Below are positions 26,905-39,681 of a DNA stretch of 64,000 bases, one piece after another. Every line of letters begins with the position of its first letter. Position 1 is the first letter of the stretch. The notes under the pieces are model-generated. The model saw only the letters and a program-made list of their open reading frames with translations, was not told the DNA's origin and did no database searches. The stretch is taken from the NCBI RefSeq assembly GCF_006345805.1, contig NC_043004.1, positions 37,448,001 through 37,512,000 on the forward strand, given 5' to 3'. The DNA is from Octopus sinensis. Its lineage: Eukaryota. The position numbers were made by a program, and so were the translations under genes.

Positions 26905-26949
26905 TTAATGAGAAATGTGGTGGAAGAAAGACGAGTTGATGTGAAGCAT
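26905..26949 (-). other. uORF2 in the AMD1 5' leader (MLHINSSFFHHISH-stop), ending 11 nt before the main ATG
   Basis: 45-nt ATG-to-TAA frame read directly, out of frame with the main ORF. Confidence 0.65.
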
Positions 26950-26956
26950 CGAGGAA

Positions 26957-26986
26957 TTAAACACTTCTCTGCTGAATAAATTTCAT
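26957..26986 (-). other. uORF1 in the AMD1 5' leader (MKFIQQRSV-stop), in frame with the main ORF
   Basis: ATG AAA TTT ATT CAG CAG AGA AGT GTT TAA read directly. Whether it lies in the mRNA depends on the unmapped TSS. Confidence 0.55.
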
Positions 26987-27008
26987 TGATTTACAGGATT
27001 GTCGGTCG

Positions 27009-27017
27009 CTTCCGGAA
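27009..27017 (-). promoter_or_regulatory. ETS-type CCGGAAG motif near the presumed AMD1 start site
   Basis: TTCCGGAAG on the minus strand ~120 nt upstream of the ATG in a locally CpG-containing patch. Function is inferred only. Confidence 0.35.
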
Positions 27018-27377
27018 TATTTCTAAAAGAATACAAATCATTTATTTTTGTTCAATTATATTTTATATTAAAATTTCTGACAAAAGAGTTGTTGGCTATA
27101 AGTTTCCAGTAAGGACAATCGAGGGTTTGCTGCATTTTGGATGGCGAGCGACAAGGGAGCATTTGTGCAATTGCATATGGAACAAATATTTCAGAGAACT
27201 TTATTCGAACAACACCGTTTTTTCAGTTTCTAGCCTTAGTCAATAAATATACTATGGGCTTCCACACTGTTTCCGTTTATCAAATTCCAATCACAAGGTA
27301 TTGATCAATCCGAGATTATGGTAGAAACACTTGTCAAAGGTGCCTCACAGTAAGATCAATTCCATACTACGTGTTTG

Positions 27378-28452
27378 CGGTACTACTTGAGATCAGCGGT
27401 CCCGGTGCTCGCACTCGCGTAGTCGCGCATCTGCGCTAGCTAGTCGTGACTAGTCGATCCTATAACGACCAGCTAGCAAAGTGAATAAAACACAAAATAA
27501 ATCATTTTTTTACACAAAGTAAATAATTTGGGGATCTTTTCCTTTTGAACGGCAGTTTTCAACACAATTTCTAGTTAACTAAACACTTTTAAACTTCGTA
27601 TACTGGTAGAATGTGTTTATAAAACATCATTTTTTCTTGGCTTTATTGAGAAAATTCTATAGTTTGTAAGATATTTCCACTTTAAAATTGATCATTTCGG
27701 CAATTTTAACCAATCGCTGACCTCCATTTAGGTAAACAACATTCCGTGCTGTATGAATATGTCCCTCCTTTAAGAAACAGATTGGGTTTATTTACATTTG
27801 CGAAGAAAAAAAATACTCTTCCCCCACCTCTAACCCTAACCCTAAAACAGATTGAAATGCAATAGATCGATACTAGGGTTATAATTATGGGTGACAACTT
27901 CATACGACACCCCTACGGAAAATGGGATTTTTTTCTAGCGGTGTCAAATGAAAATGTCACCCATAATTATAACCCTAGTATCGATCTATTGCATTTCAAT
28001 CTGTTTTAGAGTTAGGGTTAGGGGTGGGGGAAGAGTATCTTTTTTTCTTTGCAAATGTAAATAAACCCAATTTGTTTCTTAAAGGAGGGACATATTCATA
28101 CAGCACGGAATGTTGTTTACCTAAATGGAGGTCAGTGATTGGTTAAAATTGTCGAAATGCTCGATTTTAAAGTGGAAATATCTTACAAACCATAGAATTT
28201 TCTCAATAAAGCCAAGAAAAATGATGTTTTATAAACACATTCTACTAGTATATGAAGTTTAAAAGTGTTTAGTTAACTAGAAATTGTGTTGACATATGCT
28301 GTTCAAAAGGAAAAGATCCAATAATTTTTGTTAAACAAAGTAAATAATTTTTTAAACAAAGTAAATAACACACAAAACACAAAGGATCGACTAGTCACGA
28401 CTAGCGGATGCGCGAGTGCGCACACCGGGACCACTGTTCTCAAGCAGTACCG
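27378..28452. mobile_element. Nested foldback element: 380-bp inner arms (27532-27911 / 27940-28319, head-to-head GGATC-MITE dimer) inside outer arms (27378-27461 / 28383-28452)
   Basis: Arms read as reverse complements. Flanked by ~110-bp direct repeats at 27269-27378 and 28452-28561. Confidence 0.85.
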
Positions 28453-31400
28453 TTTTCGTTTACCAAATTCCAACCACAAGGTATTGATCAATCTGAGATT
28501 ATGGTAGAAACACTTGTTAAAGGTGCCACACAGTAAGATCGAATCCATACTACGTGTTTGCAAGGCAAATTGCTTAACCATGCAAGCAGCACTGATAATA
28601 AATTAAATCAATATCGTCACACAGGTCCCAACTTTTATAATTTTTCTCGAAACGGAGAAGAGTCGCCAACTGAATCAGTTTATGTAATACCAATATTTAT
28701 TTTCTCCATCACGTAAAATGATAGAAAAAGTTAACCCTGCATACTGTAAATCCCAAACTTTATTAAAATATCTAATACAACATTCTACTATGTCAGTTGT
28801 CAAAGTTTGGTGAAAGTCTTTAGATTTTCAAGAAATGAAATCCTGTGATGTTCGCTTTTTTTTTTAGTTTTTTTTCAAGGTCATTAACAGTGAAGTGACT
28901 TGCCGGGAATTTACTGGAGACTCGGTACAGTAAGAGCCAGTCTCATAATATAATAATCGACCCTTTTCAAGAAATATAGTCAAACTTTATACAATTTGAA
29001 ATTGTCTTGGAATATTTTTAATGTTTACATTACTACATTTGAATATTTATATTGCAAATAAAGATCAACGTCCACATATGGGAAAGTTTGTTGAGAAAAA
29101 CTTCAGATGTGGACAAATCGTTTCAAACATCCTAAACATACTCCATGGGAAGCAATGGCTACATTAAACCACTCGTACTCAGTTTATTCTATCTTCACCA
29201 CATCCCCTCTTCTACTGCCTGCCACCATCCTGTATTATTTTGATTGCCAGAATACTCTTCCTTTTTTCTCAGACCTCTGTAATCAATCTATCCCCTGGGC
29301 CATATAGATATAGGTTTTTTCTCCATTTCAGTTATATTGCCTTAAATACTGATACATATCTCAGAACACTGTACTTCTATCAATCATATATTTCTCATAA
29401 CTACAATGTGAGCTCCTTTTAATTGTGACAAGGACATGGCTACTTCTCCAGTACATTACAAATAATACACTCAGTACACTGTATAAAGTGTGAGGTTGTA
29501 AGGACCCTCTAATTTTGTCAAGGACCTGGAGCTGATGGCACAAAAAAAAAGAGTTCTCAGTACACTCTGTAAAGATGTTGCTGTTAAAAAGTAATTCCAG
29601 CTACAGAAATGAAATGTGAGCAAGAAAAGGTCCCCCAATTCAAGCAACTCCTGCCAGTACAGACAGTGGGTGTAAAAGAATAGTGGAGGTGGTGGTGGTG
29701 ACGATGGATGAAGTCTACATATTTTGGTATCTGCTGCAGTGGCTTAAGACAATAGGTTGCAAATCTTTTAAGTTGTCACCTAACCATCTAGTATCTAACA
29801 GATTGAAAGAATGATATAGACTGTGAAAGTGGAATAGAGCCCAATGACAATGACTATAAGAATCTAGCTATACTAGAACTCATCATCATTATTGCTTAAC
29901 ATCTGTCTTCCATGCTGGTATGGGTTGAACAGTTTCACAGGAGCTGGCAAGGCTGGAGAGCTGCACCAGGCACCATTGTCTGCTTTAGCATGGTTTCAAT
30001 AGCTGGATGCCCTCCCTCACACCAACCACATTACAGACTGTACTGGGTACTTTTTACATGGTGCCAACACCAGTGGGATCGCCAAGTAACTTGCAAGACA
30101 AAGACCTTTCGTCTAGGAGTGGGAGAGGTACTGAGCAAGGTGGCTTTGTACCAGTTGAGAAGTTAAAATATAATACAGGGATAGAGATAAGTGTCTTACT
30201 ATGGAGGGAATGTTTGGCTACCCTCATAGTAAAAGAAAGGAAGATTGAAAGACAGAGTGAGAGAGAGAGAAATAGATGGCGTTAAAGATGCATCAGGATC
30301 TAACCACAGCAGTACAGCGGGGGGTGGATACAAGTAGCTCGGAGGGGATATAGAGAGAATGTTCTATAAGAGTGTAAGAGATGAGGAAGAGGTGACTGTA
30401 ACAAGTGATGGTGGTAGTGACAGGGAGGGGGGGAGTACGGTAGATATGTGAGGGCATAGAAAGTGTGCAAGAAGGCATATGAAGAAGGGTGAAGGGGCCT
30501 GCAGTGGATAGTGATTATGGGTCATGGAAAGGTGGTGTTGGAAGATGGGTTGCAGGGGATAAATTGTGTTTGTGAGGGAGTGTCATGGCTGTAAAAGATG
30601 TGCCTGTATGTATGGTCACTACTTTACTTAGCTTGATGTCTTTCCAGTCACAACAAATCACTAGAAGTCTCAGTCCCTTGTCAACTCCTCTCTGAGGTTT
30701 AACATCTCAAGATCATTTTTCACCACTATATCCCACATCTTCCTGGGTCTGCATAAGAAAATATTGTCCAACAATAAAAATCTTTTATTGTACTAACTTA
30801 ATTTAAGGAGTCATAAATGTGATCAATACATAAGTAAGGTGGGAAAAATAAAATAGACACATTAGACAAAAAATGAGAAAAACCACGCATGGATCACTTC
30901 ATCCAAAGGGAAATGTCTGTCATCTAAAAATATATAAAATAAAGGATGTCTGTGTGTGTGTCTCTCTCTGTGTAGTATGTATGCATTTCTACCAATTTTC
31001 ACCAAACTTTACGCACACATTACTTATGCGCCAAGCATAGTCATGCACTATAATATTTTGCCCAGAACTTCCATATAAAGTGAGAAACCAAGAAAAATGG
31101 TGCTTTACAAGGGGTTTTCTCTAAAAGCTTATGCAGTTTTTGACCGATTCTCTCCCCTCTTTTTTTCACATTCTCTATTTCTCTTGCTTACACATATTCT
31201 CTCTCACCCTCTGTAATAGTTCCTCTCTTTTGGTCTATGCCTGTTTCTTTCATTCTCTCTCTCTCTCTTTAACACGCTAATTTCTGTCTACGAATTGCCT
31301 TCCCTCTATTTCAATTAGTTGCGTGTAAAAATCTCTGTTGTTACAGTTTTTGTACATTCTCCCTAAAAAATAGTTATTTTTAATTTTTCTTCGCCCAGTG

Positions 31401-32401
31401 TGTTTAAATTCAGTTTTGCCACACCTGCCTAAAAATTGACTTCAGTGTATTTCAATTTTGTCATGTGTAAATATCTTTGTCTTTATGGGATTTGTGTTCT
31501 CCCTACAACATTACTTACCTTTTTCTAAATTTTTTGCACTCTATTAGTTTGAAGACAGCTACTCAAGATCAAGCTCTAAACTCTAGTTCAGTGAGCAAGA
31601 ATATTTATTCCACTACTTCAACAAATCAGTGGTGTTCATGTAATCAACGGGTGGAAAATATTGAGCATATTACAGCAGGCTACAACATGTTACCTCTGAA
31701 GGAATATAAGTGAGGACATGTTGAGTATTGTTTCACGTGACATTGGTTACTTTGTTAAAAAAAAAAGGCAAAATAGATACACTTCAGACAAGTGGTTCAA
31801 TTACGTAGTAGAAAAGCTCAAAATAAATCTGGAAGACGAAAATTCTATGGAATTTCGACATCCAGACAGACAGGCCAATTGAATGCCATAGCACAGATAC
31901 CATTATGTATGATGTTAAAAAAAGAGAATGCTTAATAATAGATATTTCATTTCTTCCAGACTAAAACAATGCAAACAAGGAAGTAGAAGAGGTCTCAAAA
32001 TGTGCTGACTTAAAAGTATATATATATAGCATATAGTGATGCCTTGCAGCAAATGAAATATTCTTGGAGCATTAGGCTCAGTCCCCACAAAACCACATGG
32101 AATGATTGGACTTCAAGACAGATATGTGGATATTTTTGAAAAATCTATCTTTCTTGGAAGAGGTCATATTCTAAGAAAAGTACTTTCTGTCTGAGGCCTT
32201 TTTATTAAGGTTTGGCAGCCTGAAGAAGAAGGAAAAAACAGCAAAAGCTATTATTTTATATCCATATGGTGCAATATAATATAATAAATAAAACACTTTA
32301 AATACTTATGAATTTGTTTGCTATCATTGGACCATTAAAAGTCATCACAACAAGCAAATCTATTTTGAGTATACATTTGCACCAAAAGATGAGTCAATCC
32401 A

Positions 32402-32950
32402 TCAAAGTTGGCTCGATACTTGATCTAGAAAAGTTAGCTCCTTTGATAAACGTAGCCAATCAACTTGGCTCAGCAAATTCTTGAATTCAATTTCGGAGAT
32501 AAGAGTGCACTGGGAAGACTTTCCTGAGAAACCCGATGTCTCAGTCATTGCAACATTTATTCTCATCCCTGCCTTGCAGCACCCAACAGTGAACCCAAAC
32601 AACGCATGCCGGAGATCAACCTTCTGAGAAACTAATTAATACCGTGTTTCTTGCAAATATCAGCCGACTGCATGTCACTGATTGTGATACCACTTCACAA
32701 CAACCGCGCGTGGCAATCCAGTTGGAAAGTATGAAAAGCAGAGGTGACAATACACATCCGTGCTGAAATCCAACACTTACATTGTAAGGTTTCAACTCAG
32801 CACTTTTTACTCGAACACAAATATCTGGGCACTCGTATGGGGACTTGATGACGGCCAAAAATTGTCCGTTAATCTCTAACTCCTGCAAAAATCCTCCACA
32901 GCATGCCCTGCGCACGCGGTCTTATGCATTTTGGAGGACTACAATGCAAC
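32402..32950 (-). mobile_element. RTE-clade LINE RT remnant
   Basis: VIKSPYECPDICVRVKSAELKPYNVSVGFQHGCVLSPLLF...CCKAGMRINVAMTE. Confidence 0.75.
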
Positions 32951-33346
32951 TGTACACCACTTGGCAATATTCCTGCGATTTCTCGAAGACTTGCTGTGAA
33001 TGGTTATTTTTCACCGAAGAAAAAAATATTCATAACAGAGATTTTTACACACGACTAATTGAAATACAGGGAAGGCAATTTGTAGGCAGAAATTAGTGTG
33101 TGAAAGAGAGGGAGTGAAAGAAACAGACATAGACTAAAAGAGAGGAACTATTACAGAGGGTGAGAGAGAATATGTATAAGCAAGTAAAGTAGTGACCATA
33201 CATACAGGCACATCTTTTACAGCCATGACACTCCCTCACAAACACAATTTATCCCTAAGAACTTTTACTCCATCGGGACATTAGTGTTTGGACACCGTCC
33301 AAACGAGGGGAGTTAATTAAAACAGGTTCTTGCAATTGAGTCCAAG

Positions 33347-33445
33347 ATGCCCGTCTATAATTTGTACATCTTCGACAGATACGGAACCTGTTTATACTAT
33401 TCAGAATGGAATCGCAGAAAGCACCCTGGCATGAGCAAAGAAGAG
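33347..33445 (+). CDS. TRAPPC1: TRAPP complex subunit 1 (Bet5), exon 1 ([33 protein letters not shown])
   Basis: 99 nt, GAG|GTACT donor. Matches human MTVHNLYLFDRNGVCLHYSEWHRKKQAGIPKEE. Confidence 0.96.
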
Positions 33446-36352
33446 GTACTTCATATCTTGAAATAGTTTTTATTCAAAATAATTCTCAGATATAGGTGCA
33501 GCAGTGAATTCCATTTACACACCAAATATTGTTTTAGTTCCCAAAATGATCGCTTCTTTGATGTTTCGGATTTAATTTATAAAAAGTTCATTCTAGTACA
33601 GTTCCCATATTTTCGAAAACGTATCGCATAATACTTTCAGTGTTAATTCATTCCGGTTGTGATATTTATTGTTCAATACCTACGCCGGTACCTAATAGGT
33701 ATTCTCTTGCCCTACAATTTTTGGGTGGATCTCAAGAATCGACATTCAATATTTCTTGTGTTGAATTTTTATGTTTTGTAAATCTTTCATTATTATTATA
33801 CTCTTGTTCGTTATTACTTTCATATTTGATAATTTAGCTTCCCTGTAAGCATAAACTCTTTATCTTTTTTTCTTATTAGTTTCATTGGAGGCTTTGGTAA
33901 CCTTTTTTTTATGTTTTGATATGGTCAGCTTATTTTGCTTCGACGATTTTGGGGGGGGGGTGTAGTATCACCGGTTGCAGACGTACAATGTGACCCTAGC
34001 TGGGAAATGCATCGCGAACTTTTAGAAATATGATGTAAGGCTTTAAGAAAATCCATATTGCTTCAGGTATCGCAGAAATATATACTTGGCACCAAAGTTC
34101 GCTAAAATTTCCACGCGAAATAACCATGTTTATTGCTACATTTACGTGTTCTTTATCAGGACAAACACGAATATCTACTCCCAAATTTAGACTTCTTTAT
34201 GTAATCTGCAGTTCGAACATAACAAAGGGCCTTTGGTGGGTGTCATATTCAGACACTTTTACATTATATAATACCTTAACCCCTCCGGACTGGTTTTGGC
34301 CCATTTTTTTTTATTATGCACTTAAAAACGATGGGAGAAGCCTTTTCGGTTAAAAAACAAAAAAGGAAAATATTTGTAAATATTTTCAGATGCAAAAGGT
34401 GGTTGATTTAAGGGAGATTTAGTTGTTGTTTCTAATACTTCCTACGACCACATGATACCTTTCTCGTTTCTTTGTCACCCTGACATGTATTGATGCTTTT
34501 CAGTATTTTTCTCCCTATAAACATTTTATGGAATTATGATACAGCTTTTGTTTAACCTAAGGATGCTCCATTGCTGGGATTTAAGCCAAAAAAATAATTT
34601 CGTGATTTAAATGTTTAACCCCTTCCTCCACCCACTCCTCATACCAAACAAGTTCGTTTGTATGTAAGAAAAAACTTATTTACTATCAGCATGCTATTAA
34701 AATAAACTTTTACATACCTTTCTTAAATCACTGGATAAATCCCTGCAATGACCTCACACTCTCCAGTATTTTAAAACCTCTAAATCGTCCTTAAGTCATC
34801 TTTTCGTCTGAAAATATTTTCATTTTTTACTTTTTTTTCCTACTGAAAAGGCTTCTCCCATCATTTTTAAGTGTGTAGCGCAAAAAAAAATCATCGGCCA
34901 TGGTGAAAAAGAAATTGGAAAAATCCTCATCAAAACAGAAAATCCAACTTATGTAGGTGTCCTGATCTGAAACTCTGACCAAAAACTTAATTGGTCACAT
35001 TATTTCTAAGATCTTTTGCAACCATCATTTGATTCCTTTATGAGTTCTGACTATTTTAAATGTTTCTGTCATTCACAAATTTGTGACTAAAATCTAGAAC
35101 TCTAATGGAAGATTTTTTCCTGTTACTCTTTTTAAACAATTATGCGAGTTACAGATAAAAATCTCTCCAGCTCTAAAACAAACAGTTTGTTCCAAGTATC
35201 AGATATTAAAGAATCATCCATGTTACAAAAATAATGTCCATAACAAGAAATAGATTTTTCCAATTGATTTTCATGCTATAAAGTAATACTCTCTGAAAAA
35301 AAATTAAACAAAAGAAAAATGCGAATGATACAACCACTTTTATGCATGAAAATAACAATTTTAGAACATGTACAATACATGATGTTCTAAAAGTATTCAT
35401 GAGAACATTTGAAGAAAAATATATTAGGGATGAAAAAGAACTGAAATACCTTAATAGCATAAAATATTAACTGCTGTGTAAGGAATGGTGATGGAATAAG
35501 TCACTAGGAGGACGAGAGACATCATCTTTTATCTTATAGTTCAACATCTGCTTCAGGGATGAAGGTTTTATCTAAAGGTAGCTTGCAGAATCGTTAGCAT
35601 GCCGGACGAAATGCTTAGCAGTATTTCATCTGCCGCTACGTTCTGAGTTCAAATTCCGTCGAGGTCAATTTTGCCTTTCATACTTTCGGGGTCGATTAAA
35701 ATAAGTACCAGTTATGCATTGGGGTCGATGTAATCGAATTAATACATAAGTCTGGCCTTGTTTGTCTCCTCTATGTTTAGCCCCTTGTGGGTAATAAAGA
35801 AATAGGTATTTGATATTTATGGGGGATTTTCTCTGTGTACAATTCAGTGTAGGAACTGAGCTCATTGTAAACTCCTAATCCAATTCTTATTTTACATTCA
35901 TGATTAGAGTCAGTAATAGTAAAAATTTGCAAACCTTTCTACATAAGTGCCAACTCTTTAACAGTATTCTTTGCAGTCAATTTAAGCGAAGTTAATGGAA
36001 AGTCCATATTCTCTGCTTACTCTTTGTTCTAACAGCATCACATATAAGTTCTCTCTATGGAGCACTAGCAACTCAACTACATTACACTTCTTTGCATCCT
36101 GCACCATTTGCAAGTATCACAATATCTTTCCAGATTTGTAGACTTCCTGCATGTGGAAGAAAGCTTGTAAAGCTGCAGATACAGTCTGGCCATATTTTTT
36201 CTTCAAAGTTGAAGGTTTCACTTCATTCTATGATGCAGCTCTGTTGTCCATTATGTCGAACTTCCTTCAGAAGTCTCTAACTGCAGATTTATCATCCCTG
36301 TCAATTGCTTTCATAAGTTACTTGAAAGTACTTTTCAGATAATACAGCTTAA

Positions 36353-36571
36353 CCCTTTAGTGTTTAAACCGGCCATATCCGGCCCAAATAATCTACCTGT
36401 TTTCTGTTAAAACTGCCCAGATTTGGTATCTCACACCAACCTATAATGTCAATCTAAAAACAGGTGATAACATCATGGAAATCTTAAAGCTACGAAATAA
36501 TGCATGATTAGCTTAAAACAATATGGATGAATAAATATTATATTTGACAGAATAATCTGAATGCTAAAGGG
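36353..36571. mobile_element. piggyBac-like MITE in TRAPPC1 intron 1
   Basis: TTAA|CCCTTTAG ... CTAAAGGG|TTAA. Confidence 0.8.
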
Positions 36572-37159
36572 TTAAAGTTAGCTACAGCACAGCGATTCAT
36601 TGGTTGTTGCAAAAAAGTTGTATTCTTAAGGGTATATTCTATTCTTACATTATCAGAAAGCTCATTTACATTTACTGGGTGGCTAAGAAGAGTAGTACTT
36701 TTTTGCAGTATATTTATCAAAAAGGTGCTGAGTGGCATTTTGTCTGACATTATGTTCTGAATTCAACTACCACCAGGGTCAACTTTGCCTGTCAAGGTTG
36801 ATAAAATAAGTATTTGTTGACACTGGGGTAGATGGAATCAACTTACCCACTGTCTGGAATTTGTTGGCCTTGTGCCAAAATTTGAAACCAATATATCTGA
36901 CAATTATCTTTCTACAGCTGGACAAGAAAATGTTTGCAGACCACTCTTTGAAAATGTTCTTAGTTATCAACACCTTATCTGAATGACAAATCAGAAGGAA
37001 ATTAAACTTTGTATAATCCTTTCAGCATGATATACAGGTTGGGACTTTAATTTCATTTCACCAACACTATTTTCTTCTAGAAGAAGTCAGATAATTTTTC
37101 AAAGCTTTAAATCCTGGATGTATGTGTGTGTGTCCTATTCCATTCTTTGTTTCTATATC

Positions 37160-38450
37160 TAGAAACAAAGAATATGGAATAGGATACAAAGAACTTGCGA
37201 CAAAGCAAACAGGGCGAACACGTGGTATAAAACTGACAAATATCAAGGAGTGATGTTTGTAGAGACCACAGCACATGGAGAACTAACCTGTAGATTTAGA
37301 AAAGCTCTGAAGGAGATCAAACTCAACATTAAGATTGTTGAAAAGCCAAGGAACTCTGTCAGATCACAACTATGTAGGACGTACCCTTTTGAGAATACCA
37401 TATGCACCAATGATAACTGCATGGTATGTAGGATTAGCCCTGGCATTAACTGTAGAACTCGAAATGTAGTTTACTGCATAAGATGCATAGAAGGTGCTTG
37501 TAAAGAAATGAACATGACATACATAGGGGAAACGTCTAGGAGCATTGTGGAACGACTAAATGAACATCTAAGACAATATCATGACAAAAAGCAGTCCTCC
37601 ATACTCTACCAACATGCCAAAGACTACCACGGAGGCAACTTGGGTCAACTTGACATCCACATCTTATCCAAGCACCCAAAAGACCCAACACTCAGACAAA
37701 TACAGGAGTATGTCCTTATAAATGAAACCTCCCCAATACTAAATAGGAAATATACATAGTAGATATAATACCTCCATAGCCACAGTTTACACAGGTAGAG
37801 TAGAATAGTTAGTGGACTGTTATATAGATAGATGTGTGTGTGTATATGCACATGTTTTTTTTTTTATGTAAGCATATGGATATGAAAATAAACAGATCAA
37901 GATACAGACGGATAGGTACATAGGTTATAAGAACAGACAAGCACACATACGCAAATGGAGACTGACACACATGACCATATATACACACACTTTACTCCAC
38001 ACAAGGACACATATGAAGACACATATCCACACATGAAGAGATGCACATCCACCCATACATACAAACATGGTACATAGTTGTATAACATAGTTGTAATTGT
38101 CTCGACCACGGTCGAACAATGATGATGATGTATAACACGCACACACACAAGGAGACAGAGGTGTATACATATACAAGCACATGCTCACACACACATACAT
38201 AGAAAATACACGGACATGCAAGCACATGAATATACAGAATACATACATACAGATACACACATATATACATACATACACATGCATACATACATACACACAT
38301 ACATATGTACATGCATGCATCCATAGGCACACACACACTCACTGACCCACACATGTGCACAAACAAACAAAAGGTAACACAGTGGAAATAACAGACAGTC
38401 AAGACTATTGAAAAGGTTGCAAGACGCAACAAAAATTTTAGGAAAATAAA
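37160..38450 (+). mobile_element. Penelope-like element 3' part with an open 169-aa GIY-YIG ORF (37250-37759) and microsatellite-rich pseudo-LTR, in TRAPPC1 intron 1
   Basis: NTWYKTDKYQGVMFVETT...CTNDNCMVC...NCRTRNVVYCIRC...YIGETSRSIVERLNEH...ILYQH...LNRK. Confidence 0.88.
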
Positions 38451-39610
38451 ATTAAGAAATAAGAGGAAATTTTACTGGTGAGTGTGTTACATTATAAGGC
38501 ACAAAAAGAAAATGACTCCCCAGACACAACAGAATAACCTAAATTAATATCCCTTTAAATTGTAGATCACATTACAAAGAGGCACCTTTCTTTTTCCTAA
38601 GAAATTACATGAATTTAGTGCTGGTTTCTTGTAAAAATGCAACTGCCTTTGTCTTATCACTGATCATATTGGAGAAATCTTTAGCCAACATCTTACAGGT
38701 TTTTAGAAATTGAGAAGTAATCTCCCTTGTAGATCACATGACAAATTTGCACCCCAAATGGAATCTGATCATCTTCATTATCACTTAATGCTTTACTCTT
38801 TTTTAAAAAAAATATCTATCCATGATCTAACCCTAACTCTGTGTTTAGCTTTTATTTTTCCATTGGCTGTAATGCCAGAAATGAAAACACCAGCTCAGAG
38901 GAAGGGAAGTTCTGGTGAAAAGGCACAAGCAGATAACTGCAGATTTGAAGTCATCATTGATAACTCTCTCTCTCCTCCAATTTGCAGACCCTTGTTACTA
39001 TATTTTTAATAATTGATATAATGGAAAAATATGATAAAATCTGTCAGTAATTATTTATAACTATTATACAGAGACTCCTGCATGCAATTACAAGTAATCC
39101 GTAATAATATTTTGAATTTTGAAATATCATTTATTTTTGGCATATGAATTTTTTGAAACTATTTCTAAATCTTTGAATGTCTTTCAATCATTCCACCTCA
39201 CCTACTATCCTCTTTCGCTGCACCTATGAGGCACGTTGCGCCATTTGGGAACCACTGGTATAGACTAACATTTCTTCACTGTCGACTTCTGAGGGGCCTT
39301 TGTACCTGAAATATATAAATGTTATTGAACTTTTTACCCTTTTGTATTGTAAGAAGCTCTCCATCTTTCCTATTTTGTTATTTTATTTAAATAAAAATCA
39401 TAACATTCATGCTAACATGAAAATCATACGATTTCTTTTTTAAAAAACAGTAGCAGTTAGCTTATTTTTAATGTGTTTTTCATAATTTACTTTATTTTTT
39501 TTTAAAGTAGCAGGTGTTGTATTATGTTGGTTAGCTATTTGGATATATGAATTGCTGTGAGTAATCTTCATCAATTTTACATTTAACATCCTAAAATAAT
39601 TCTTTTACAG

Positions 39611-39681
39611 GAATACAAACTTATGTTTGGCATGATGTTTTCCATAAAATCTTTCATTCACAGGATATCACCATCAGACAT
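39611..39681 (+). CDS. TRAPPC1: TRAPPC1 exon 2 (EYKLMFGMMFSIKSFIHRISPSD+AT)
   Basis: 71 nt, TTTTACAG acceptor, AT|GTATCCTTT donor. Matches human EYKLMYGMLFSIRSFVSKMSPLDM. Confidence 0.96.

Noticed and set aside
27829-27845. (CCCTAA)n telomere-like units, mirrored near 28005
   Set aside because: Only 2-3 units and part of the MITE body, so not an interstitial telomere.
33960-34360. CpG-richer segment with ORFs 33996-34184 and 34126-34353 in TRAPPC1 intron 1
   Set aside because: No identifiable motif or splice structure in any frame.
37925-38432. Long Cys/Val/Tyr/Met-rich ORFs here, and similar His/Thr/Ile-rich ORFs elsewhere
   Set aside because: Translation artefacts of (CA)n, (TG)n and (TA)n microsatellites.
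38401-38442. Hammerhead relic in the second Penelope pseudo-LTR
   Set aside because: Only stem II survives. The core reads CTATTGA and AAAA, so it is non-functional and is used only as supporting evidence.
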